Position numbers and translations under genes: made by a program. A DNA stretch of 64,000 bases from Lepidodermella squamata (taxonomy: Eukaryota > Animalia > Gastrotricha). Each line of letters starts with the position of its first letter. The stretch's first letter is position 1. This document shows positions 14,701 through 26,200 of the stretch, in pieces. The stretch spans positions 1,922,001 to 1,986,000 of the forward strand of contig JBLDXI010000032.1 of NCBI GenBank assembly GCA_047495785.1, in the 5' to 3' direction. The notes beneath the pieces were generated by a model that had not been told where the DNA came from, made no database searches, and worked only from the letters and a program-made list of their open reading frames with translations.

Positions 14701-17700
14701 CGTTGTCAAAGAAACAATTTTGCTGGCTTACAGTGATATTTGCACGATATCTGTTAGTCAGAGCGATGCCTTTCCGCCAATAAGTTCAGCAAGAATGAGT
14801 GTTTTCGGGCGGTTTCTTCATTTCTCGCTGTTTACAGAAACTGACGTTCGTCCTTTGATAAAGGTCTGCTGCGATCAGTATGATAATGTAGTTCAAAACG
14901 CTCAGGCCAGTTTCGAAGACCTGAGGTATAATCGGAATCTCCTGTTAATTCCTCTGCCTGAATTGTCATGGCTTGAGGTTTGCTATCCGACTTATCGAAC
15001 TGTAGTCAAAAGCCCCGCATATCCTCATTTTCTATGTGGCTTTTTCGAGATGATCCATTTTGTCAATGAATCGGCAAAAGATATACTGAATATGTCGCGG
15101 CTACCGATTCAGACTCGCTCGGCTGTAACCATCGCTATGCTTTTCAAAATGCTCCAGCAACCTCGATTCGTGCCAGACAAATGCGATAAACTATTCCCGT
15201 CTTTGCAGGAAAATTGCTCTTACCCTGCGAGTGAATTTTCTACCAGTCAGTCGCTGAGTGAAAATATTGAGGCAATTTTGAAATCCCGGCTCTTCCCGGC
15301 GTTGTTAGATTACCTTGTTGTGGGCGAGGCTTTGTTTAAAGAATCACCTGATTTTAAGGGTGGATTTCTGGGTCCTTTGGCTAGCGAAGATGAACTGAAG
15401 AAACCATCGCCGAAAACTCTCATATACCGTGATTACCGAGCGTGTATGACGGCTTATGAAAATCATTTGAGAGGCATTGGAGATGCTAAGGATTCCACGC
15501 CCAAGCTTTCAACCTGGGACCGCGTTTCTCTGCCGGACCCTCCTTGCCGCCTGATGTTGCTCTCCGAAGCCGAGAAAGGTTTTTACACTAGCAATGAGAG
15601 TTGCCCCAAATTGATTTGCGCTCAACATGCTTATCACTTGATCCAATTTTCCGAGGCGATATCTTCAACAACTTCTAAAAATCGGGCTCTTGACAGCAAG
15701 GTGGGAGCTAGTGCAAAAAATTATGGAAATTTCCACGATTCTCTTGTAACATCGTATTGCTTCAATGCCGAAGAAAGCAGTAGTTTTGGGGAAATTGCAA
15801 CAGCTCATCCTCTCCTCCGCCATTTGATCGTTTCGAATTCGATTGGAAAGCCTGTTGCATCGGATATTATTTCGTTCAAATACCTCCGCGATCTAATCCT
15901 GAGTGGCAACAAACTGACATCTCTACCCGATTGTCTAGAGAATCTTTCATCTGTGTTGAGAAATCTAGACATTTCGTTGAACAATTTCGCAGAAATACCC
16001 AAAGTCATTTATAAATTAACCTCTTTGGAATCTCTCCTGGCTAATTTTTTGAATATAAAATATCTTGACGAGTCAATTGGTCAACTTGAAAACTTGCGAC
16101 TTCTATCACTGAGGCATAATTCTTTGAAAAATCTACCTGCAGCCTTCTCGAACTTGGCGAATCTCGAGGTATTGGACCTAAGTGCGCTGCCCTTACTCTG
16201 TACAACTATCAGTTTTGCTGATGAGATCGAGGCGTTCTTCTTACAGAATAATTTTCCTGATGAAATGAGTGAGTTGATCGAGGCTAAAACTTACAATAAG
16301 GAGGATATTGCCAAATTGAACCACGCGCTTATGTCGAAATTCGATCGATTTTCGGGCGAAGATTTGCCGCCACAGATATTTAAGTTGACCAGATTGAAAG
16401 AACTTGGCCTGGCTTTTCAAGGTTTTCGTTCGATATCTGATGAAATCGGGAATTTGAAAGACCTCATGCGCTTGAATCTCCAGGGTTGCATTAAATTGGA
16501 AACAATTTCTCCCCAAATCGCGTTGACATCGCTGAAGCACCTAAAGATATCAGACTGCCCTGAACTTCGAACTCCGCCTGTTGAAATTCAAAAGCGAGGT
16601 TTCGACGCGACGTTCGCGTATTTTAGACGGCTGATTTTGGGCTCGGTAAAATGTCAACGAACTAAGCTAATGTTTGTCGGCTTGGGTGGTGCTGGGAAGA
16701 CCAGTTTGGTCGCGTCGCTTGTGAACGATAAATCAGTTGATTCTACATCTCAAAAAACTGCCCCAGCCGTTACAGATGGCATTGATATCGCTGAGTGGAA
16801 AGTTGAGGCACCAGGAAATCGAGGCGATATAGATTTTCGTCTATGGGACTTTGCCGGGCAAGTCGTTTACTACAACACTCATCAATTTTTTCTATCAAGT
16901 CGGGCTATCTACCTAATTGTTTGGAATATTCGATTGGGGCACGAATATGCTGGCCTCGATTTTTGGCTCAGTTCCATCGCTTGCCACGCGCCCAACGCGC
17001 CCGTTTTAGTGGTAGGGACCCACGCAGACCAGATTTCGCAAGACAGATCATTCCTACCAGAATCGAATTATCGGAAGCGATTTAATAATATTTCCGGATT
17101 TCATTACACGTCCTGTTTCGATAATCGAGGAATATCTGACCTGAGAAACCGTATTATCGACTTGGCCTTACAGCAAAAGCATATGGGTGAGTTGATCCCC
17201 CATATTTGGCTCAATTTTGAGCAAGCGCTGACTAAGGCGGGCGAGATAACTTCGACGACTCCTGAAGATAAAAACACCAAAATGTCAGTTGAAATGTTGG
17301 ACGATGTGGCTAGAATTGCCGAATCAAGTGGAATTTACGAGCGACAGGAGTTGATTGAAGCCCTTCAATTCCTATCCGATATCGGCTCGATTCAGTATTT
17401 CCGGACCGATTTTCTCAGCGACCGTGTCATCATAAATCCGCAATGGATCGTTGACGTTTTATCGTGCCTTGTTTCCGTTCAAAAAGGCTCGGAAATAGCA
17501 GACGGTTGGCTAAAACACGGCGATGTTTCGAAAATCTGGCAATCTTATCCGGCTGAACTTCACGAATGGCTGCTCAAATTGACACAGGCTTTCGACCTCA
17601 CGTTTCCATTAAGCGATGGAGCCACCTCAATTGTGCCTTGTTTATTGCCTGAAAACGCGCCTGATGACCTAAATTGGCCGGATTTGGAGGAGAATCTAAA

Positions 17701-19972
17701 TCATCGCCGTATTATTAATGAAATTAGTTTTAAATACCTCCCGACCGGATTGTTCAATCGGGCGCAAGTTCGACTGCAAACCTACTCGGACGTGTCGGTC
17801 ATTTGGCGAAGGGGCAGTTTACTGAAGAAAAGCAGCCATTTAGCGTTAATAACCCAGTTGCAGGCGAATAGCGTGATTAGCATTCAGGTGCAAGGCCCGC
17901 GTCCTGAAAATTTGTCATTTCTCATCCTGGAAGTTTTCAATAGTTTAATTGCAGATAGCTTCAATGGGCTTCAGCATGACGTGTCGTTTTCTTGCCCTGA
18001 GTGCGTAAATTTGCGTATGGCCGAGCCTAGTATGTTTGAAAGTTCTCGAATTCGCCGAGCTATAGAACTGAAAATTCCGTCCCTTCAGTGTTATTCTTAC
18101 TTTCATCTGGTCCCGACACAAGAGCTTCGCTTGTTGGGTCCTAACCTTGAATCATCGGGAGATTTCGATCTGCATTGGGAGAGAACGCTGCATCAATTGA
18201 ATGGCCTATCTCAATCATTGCAAACTGACGTTGTTGTCATGGGCTGTCCATTAGATTCGGACAGTAAGGATTTTGTAAGCGCTGACGTCATAGCCAGAGA
18301 TTTGGGTGCAACCAATAGCTCGCTTTCGATCAAAGCCATCTCAGACGCTTCCGCGATGACTTTCGAGCAGCTAGCAATAATTATTCGAGCCACTCGAGTA
18401 GTAATTTGCTGCATTTCATCATCATTCATGGCAGATACTTCTTGCCAATCCGCCTTAATTTACGGCCATGAGACGTTGCAAAAACCTATGGTTACAGTCT
18501 TGGTGCGGGATATGGACGTGAAACAACACCCTTCCTTAGCGTTCATGATTGGCGATGAGGTGTATATCAAAGCTATTAATCGAACGAAATACAAAATTGA
18601 AGACATTTCTGCTGCAATACAACTCCGCCTTAACAAAAATGATCAGAAATCTCAGAAAAGTCCCCTGGTTTTTCTTTCGTATTGTTGGCAAAACAGTAAA
18701 GAAGCAGTAGAAAAAGGGACGAAGGGCAAATCTGGCTCTTGTGGCGTTACTGACCCTCGAAAATTGAAGCGATTTTTGAGTGATGAAAACGGAATCGAAA
18801 CCTGGCTCGACATTGAGCAGGTCGGGCGTGGTGGTTTATTCGAAGAAATTGCCAACGGTCTTCGGAAATCGAAGCTCGTCATTGTGTGCGTTTCAGATGA
18901 GTATGTCGAGTCGAAAAATTGCCTACGTGAATTTCATTTCGCAACAACGGTTTGCCAGTTGCCGATTGTTATGTGTGTGGTGGGTACCGGTTGCCAGTGG
19001 AAACAGTCGGAAGTGACGTTTGTAGCGGCTCAATCTGCCCATAGCATCAATTTCCAACTAAATTTGCCTGAAAATTACACCCGTTTACTCGAGATTGTCA
19101 AATCGTTTATTCATGTGAAAAAGCCGCCGTTATTAAGGCGGAAATCGGGCATTATTCGGAAATCAGAATCTGAACGAGATGAAGGGGTTTCAACGGAAAG
19201 TGTATCGATCATGTTCGAAGAAATGATTGAGCTTGGCCAATCAAGGTTTCTAAAGCAGATTTCCGAATTTCCCAGCTCTACTAGGTCTAAGCCTTTCCCA
19301 AGACTTGTCATTTTCGATATTGACAAATCGAATGTCCCGAGAGTTAACGAAGAGTCTTTGGTCGAATTTATCAACCGATTACCTTGGTCATGTCGTTTTC
19401 TATGTGAATCCGAATCTGGTTGGCATTCAACAGATGTGAATATGAAATTGAGCGAGAAAAATCAAATCGCCCCCGATTCATTATTGGCCAAAAGCTCGGC
19501 CTATCTTGGCCGCGTTTTCTCCCTAGTGTCCCACGGAACAAGAGAAAAGCCGCGAATTCTCCAAAATTCGACTTATCAACTGATTGCTGAGTATATAAAC
19601 ACCTTTGTAAAACTGGAAGAGTCTTTCGAGAGCGAATATAGATTTCTCATTGATCTCGCAATTTCCTCTGGTCGAGATCACGGCCTATTCCAGTGCCACC
19701 TACCTCTTGGCAGAGACGTGTGGTTGTGCAGGGAACATCGAAATGTGAATCGGGCAACAAATTTGAGTCAAAATATATCTGATACAAGCAACTCATCGCC
19801 TGCAAATATCTCAAATTCGAAGGCTGAAAGAAGCCCATTTATCAATGATGCTGTGATAGCTCGTCAATTCGCTAGTCAGGTTACATCGCCAGATATCGGC
19901 CTTGGCGAAAAAATTGTGCCCAGTGGCCAAGTAAAGGCCGCAAAGACGAGTCGTGCTTGTGCGATACAGTGA
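11741..19972 (+). CDS. Roco2: kinase-less LRR-ROC-COR-TIR-TIR protein with CaaX (CAIQ), multi-exon
   Basis: Several small in-frame exons in 11741-12770 (MRSTVRKKLKVNF...; LRR exon ISFCVKVSDVGITQIGYGFPNLEK), then intron 12771-12827 and a 7.1-kb terminal exon containing ORF 12842-19972. Motifs: GLGGAGKTS, WDFAGQ, GTHAD, IINPQW, VFLSYCW, SKNCLREF. Confidence 0.9.
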
Positions 19973-20203
19973 TGCGATATTTTCAATTAACAAATGTTTG
20001 TAATTTTTATTTTTCAATAAATTGAATAATTTGAACAAATTTTATTAAAATGTTGCGAAAAGCAGTCGATTTAACGTTTAACCTTTGCCTTCTTCATTCC
20101 TGTGACCTTCGTTTCTCTTCTCGCCGCTTAGATTTGTTATTTTATGTTCATTTTTAAATTTTGCTTCAATTTATGTTTCAAAATAGGGCTCTTAAATTTC
20201 GAT

Positions 20204-23200
20204 ATGAGCAAGGGCCCTCCGAAAGCCCCCATCACAGGGTCAAATGCTGTAAGACGGACCATCGTCATGCGTCCCAAGGCTCGGCCTAATGAAAGCGAAG
20301 CGGAACGTCAGGAGCAAGGTAGGGTAAGATTAATGGGAACTAATCGAACTTGATTTCTCTATTCTTTATAGAGAGGATTGCAAACGAAAATGCTGAAGCA
20401 TTTGGCCGATTGGCTGAAATGGAGAAGCACTTTGATAAGAAAAGCCCAGAACCTGAACAGAAGACTGCCGGCAATAAAGATGACTTTCTAAGCGAGATAA
20501 GGCAGGGTGTCCGACTGCGGTCTGTTAATGAACCGCGGAAAGGTAAAATTGTCAACTTGATTCTAAATTTCAACCGAAAGGATTTTTTCTATCAGCTGTA
20601 AAGGCTGTTGATGTAACCGCTGCGATCAACGCCAATCCGAACGGGTTCGGTAGTGCTGCTGCTTATTCCGTTTGTTTATTTTCCTGGAGAATAAAGAAAT
20701 GCTTAATTTTGAAATTGTAGTCGGTATTTAAAACCGGCAAAGGCGAAGAAGTTGGTTCAATAAACTTCTGCGGCACGGTCAGATTGGTGGACACTCACTT
20801 CTACTACTGGCCTGACTTCAAAACAGTTACCACCCTAAATGTCTCGTACTGCCCTAATATCACTAATTTTGGCATACGGTTGATTAAAGACGCATTTCCC
20901 AAGCTAAAAAAGGTAATTTGATGACAATTAAAGTGGGTTTTTTTAAATTCTGATGAATTTTAGTTGGACGCTTCCGGATGTCGATTAGTTACCGAATCAG
21001 TCGTCGAAACTATTTCTGACCCTGCATTCACTGCGATTTTCAACTGGACTGGTATTCGTTACATCCCTCATAAAACACGGTTCCTGAGGTTGGAAACGAA
21101 GGGATGTCCGTTAATTATCAAGAAAGAAACCAGTGATCTCATTGCCAATTCACCTGATGGTATAATTTGTTGTTATCGTAAATTTGTATCTGAAGTTTCG
21201 TTTAGGAACTATCAAACAGAAGTCTCTAGGAGAAAAATCTGCGGCGGCTTCTGAGTTTACCCAACTGACAGCCATGTTAAGTGAATATTCTTTCGCTAAA
21301 ATTGTTGTCATCAAACCCGAGTCGCATGCAGCTAAATCAATCGCCATTGGCTGGCTGAAACCCGACGGCCCGGTGGAAGGTGTCTCACAGTGCGCCATTT
21401 CTTATCGCTCAGGGCCTTATCGTGTTATTGAATGTGATTTTCATGCGCCTCTTTCGCTTTTCCTTACAAACAATTGCATTGTGGTGATACCTTTTGACAA
21501 TGATTCGGCATCAGCTGTTTTGCAATCGGTCGAGAGTCGTTTGTCGTTCATTTCCTCGATTTTGACTGACTTTCAGGCCATAGCCGTTCCCGTTTCGCTC
21601 GAGAGTCCGGTTGAATTCGACGAAAGCGCCCTTTCCAGTGTGAAAATTGAGCAGGCTAAGGCATCTCTGCAAGGCACCACAGTGGAGGAATCTGAAAAGG
21701 AGAAACGGAAGCCCGAGGAAAATCCCAAGGCTGCTAGGCGTTATTACTATTTATCGAACCATTTAACGTTTTTGCCGAGTTTTGAATCAGCTAATGCTTG
21801 GTTGGTTGCGAAGAAGTCTTATTTAAACATTCCGCCTACAATTTTTCCATTGTTGGAATATTTGACAAAATCAAATATTTTCGATATGACTGAAAAACTA
21901 TTCATCACCTCGGAGGACTTGGGTTCAATCCTCCCTCAATCGCTGCTTGAAAGTTTGGCTGAGAAGTCAATAATGCCTAACTGGGCATCATTCGCGTCAG
22001 TTTTAGCTGAAACCGGAAATATTTGGAGTGAATACTCAAGCAGCCATGATGACCCAAATCTGAATAATTCGTTTTCCTACTTGACAAGTACGTCGAATTT
22101 GATGAAAATTGTCAAAATACTCACTACCACCGATGACATGGAAAGTAGCATAGAGAATGTGAAATGCCTTCCCCCAGGTACCAAGCTGTGTAGAATCGAT
22201 GCGATAGCCCATTTGTTAACTGGCGTTGCCGCGTCTGATAAAATTCGCTTGTTTTCTGAATTCGAACGCAGCGGAATCGGAATCTTCAATTTGAAGCAAA
22301 ACCTGGCATTATCAGCTGTTAACCTAGCTACCAGTCCCGCTATCTCTGACGGACATTTTTCGAGTAGTTCTGAGCTCAATCTGAACTCGGAGCATTATGA
22401 CATTGCTTGCCACCCAGATTTGGTCATTCACAATCTGTTATCTCGCTTATGCAAGGTGTTCAAACCCGTTTTGATTTGGAAGCACGGTGCGGTCTTTGAT
22501 GAATGCTCCTCCTTGATAATTAAAGTCAGGTCGAACCTTCCTGCGCCGAGCCATAACCAATATTCGGTTTTTGTCTCGATGTCGAGTGATATTCGTGGCT
22601 TTGGCGATTATCAAGTTCAGCGGCGCGAGTTGATTCAAGCGACCTGTGGGGTGGTCGCACAAATTTGTACCGCTGTCTTAGCGCCTTATTCTATCAATGA
22701 TTCGTACAAAAATCCTCCGAATTCGTATTTTCACCCATTGCTCCAGTTCGATCCCAAAACTGCAGTTATCCGAACTTTCTCGCGAGATTTTGATATGTCG
22801 CTACCTCGTTGCGCCCGTTGCTTATTGACCGCTGATATCATCGGTCTGCTGAGACAAGCGAATTGGCGATACACTGCTAATAGCTTCAACATGATCGGAA
22901 AGGCCAGCGAAGAGTTCGAGATTCCGATTCCAATCGACCTAACTGTACCGTCCAATTTCATTGAGATCTTAACCAATTCAGGATTCGAATTTTGCCGATT
23001 TCATGTCAGCAATGAACTAGGTCAGTGCGACGGTAATACCAGTATAAAAATGTACTTCAAAGAGAAACATATTTGCGCGATCGAAGAGCAAGAAATGATT
23101 CACGAGACTAGCGGCCACGGCAAGTTCAGTAAAACCAAACAATCTGCGGCGATCAATATCGAAAATCTGTATCCTGTCGTTCGATTCGATGCTCGTTTGA

Positions 23201-26200
23201 TTGATAGCAGAGTTGAAATAGTGGTGGCATTCAACGGCCGCGCTCTTATGACATCAATTATTAAGGTGGCTGATACAAATTTGTTATCGCATTTGATTAT
23301 GACAGTTAAGCCTGACTCGCATCAGAATCCTTTCTACTCATATGGGGCGAGGAAGTGGGACAGGCCACCACTCGCTAGCAAAGCCGAGTTATTCGCCGAT
23401 ATTAAGGTGGATATGATAGTGGAAATTATAATGCCGAATGGGGTGATACGCCCCGCTCTTGTATTCGATTACGACGAGAACAATGCTACAGTTGAAATGT
23501 CAGTACGGCTATCACACAGCAGATTTGTCATTGAAAAGCGTGATATGAATTCTCCGAATTTGTTGCCAGTCGGGTTTTGTAAGTACTTGATGTCAGACGA
23601 CTTAATTTTCAGCCGTTTCCGAACTTTAGTTTTAGAAAAGCTTAACGTTGAGCTCAGCGATAAGCTTGAAGACCCCTGGGACAATGATCTACATATTTAT
23701 ATGTTCAAGGCAAAGAAACTAGTGAAAGGCACAATGGTACAGTACCACTATAGTGACGATGTAAATGAACGGGAAAGAGAGCTAGCCGAAATAAGAAATG
23801 AGGCGGATGACCCTAAAAAAGTGTTAAAATACGATGGCGAGCGTTATCGTATTTTCGAAAGTGAAAGCATCTTTGATAACCCCATATCCTACCCGTTCAG
23901 CCTATTTGACCGCTCGCTATTGGTCGGATTTTCGCCTCTAGTCGTTTCTCAGCTGAAGAATCCATGCCCAGTAGCCCTATCGCGAAAATTGGCTAAAGCT
24001 CGAAGCGAACTTGACAGAACCACTCTGGACGCCGAATTGCAAAATTTCATCAGATTGAATGTTTTGACTCTGCCGCTTCGTCAATTGTTTGAGGTGCACA
24101 ACTGTTTATTTCCGTCGTTTTCACTCGTTTATCGCGATGATTCGTCGCCACTAACATCCCACGTGCTGTGTGGAGCTTCAATGATTCATTTTACAAATGA
24201 AATGTTGCCTCCATTTGGGGACATCAACACAAATTCAGTTATTCCACGAATAATAATCGCCGTTATTCTTCGAATGATTGACCAGCCTCACTTTATTCCA
24301 CCAAATGTTGAGAACATATTTCCGAATTTGAAAACCGACTCTTTTGCGAAGAAAGATATAGTCTCACCTAGAGTCTTCTTGGAGAGGACGTTTCGCGAGA
24401 CGGTTTTTCCGTTCCTATTAGATTTTTACCTATCTCATGTGAATGTGAAAAATGATTGGAAAAAAGTTGTCCTTCTGAATGACAGCTACGAACTGCACAT
24501 CAAGGAGAAGGATGACGGTAAAAATTGCCACATTGTGTTCGCGAAGTGGCTTGCATCCGAGTACGACCTCTACAACTCAAACACCGAATGTCCCTTGGTG
24601 ATGTGTGCAAAACATGCTTACATCAATTCTGAGTATGACAGACGGAAACGTACTCAACTGCTCGATGAAATGCATGAAAAACTAGAGCCAACACTTGATA
24701 TGATAGGGTCGAATTACGACGATTTTATCACCTGTCGCGCTTTGAAAGCCGATCCTGCCAAACTGGATTCAGTCGCACCCACTCTGTCCCCTTATCTACG
24801 GGGTTTTTATGTTACAAGCTGGAATGTGTTTCAACTAGAGCGATTGCATTTGAGGCAAGTACCTAAGTTCATCTTCTCATTTCGTCACTTGACCGAGCTC
24901 TTGTTGTGTTACAACAAATTGGAAGATTTACCTGACGAATTAGCCGCCTTGAAACCTACTCTTCATCTGTTGGACGTGTCTCATAATACTTTCACTGAAT
25001 TGCCAAAAGTTGTCTATCAACTCACTGAATTACGGTCTTTGAGAGCTGACTATTTGAATATTTCGCAGGTTGATGACAATTTAAGCGAGCTTAAATTTCT
25101 CCAACTGCTTTCTCTACGCTCGAATTGTCTGACAAATTTTCCGGCAGTGATCTCTAAACTGGAGTATCTTGAAGTGCTTGATCTATCAGGAACGCCCCTG
25201 TTTCCATCAAATGTTCGCTATATGGAAGACATTTACAGTTATACTTATAAATGGAACATGCGTAACGAATTCTTCCTAAAGGATATTTCAAACTACTTTG
25301 CGAATATTCCGTTCTCCAATACTGGAGTAATTGACGTCGAACCTTTCAATGCATATATCTTTGATAGCATACCCAGAATGAAGTTTGAAAAGGGTTTCCC
25401 GGCGGAAATATTCAGCTTGACCAGACTGAAAGAGTTGAGTCTCGCCTATCAACACGTTACCGACATACCTGATGAAGTAGGTCAATGCAATTTGTTGGCC
25501 AGATTTGATTTGATGGGCTGTTTAGCTCTAAAAAGAATTACACCGTCAATAGCTCAGGTTCCGCTGAAAATGCTAAATCTATCGAATTGCCCCATGCTGC
25601 AAACCCCGCCCGCAGAAATTCGTAAACGCGGTTTTGCGGCGACAACCGCGTATTTTCGCCGGCTTTCAATGGGCTCTACCAATGTCCAGCGGACTAAATT
25701 GATGTTCGTCGGGTTGGGCGGGGCGGGCAAAACCAGTCTAGTCAGTGCGTTAATTAACCAAAACGGGAAAATGACCCGCCCAAACGGGAGAGACACCGTT
25801 GTAACCGATGGAATCGATATCACCGATTGGGAATTAGACGCTGGAAACCGGTCGAAGGTTCAGTTCAAAATGTGGGATTTTGCGGGCCAGGTTGTTTACT
25901 ACAACACGCATCAGTTTTTCCTGTCGAATCGAGCCGTTTACCTGATTATGTGGAACATTCGATTGGGCCACGAACATGCCGGTATCGATTTTTGGCTGAG
26001 TTCGATCGCAGTTCATGCCCCACTGGCTTCGGTTATCGTTGTTGGAACTCATGCTGACCAAGTCCCAGAGGAGCGCTCGTTTCTACCCGAGGCGAGTTAC
26101 CGCGATCGTTTCTCTAATGTTTGTGGTTTCCATTACGTGAGTAGCCATACCGGTAAAGGAATCGCAGAACTTCGCGAGCATATTCGCCAGGTGGCGTTGA

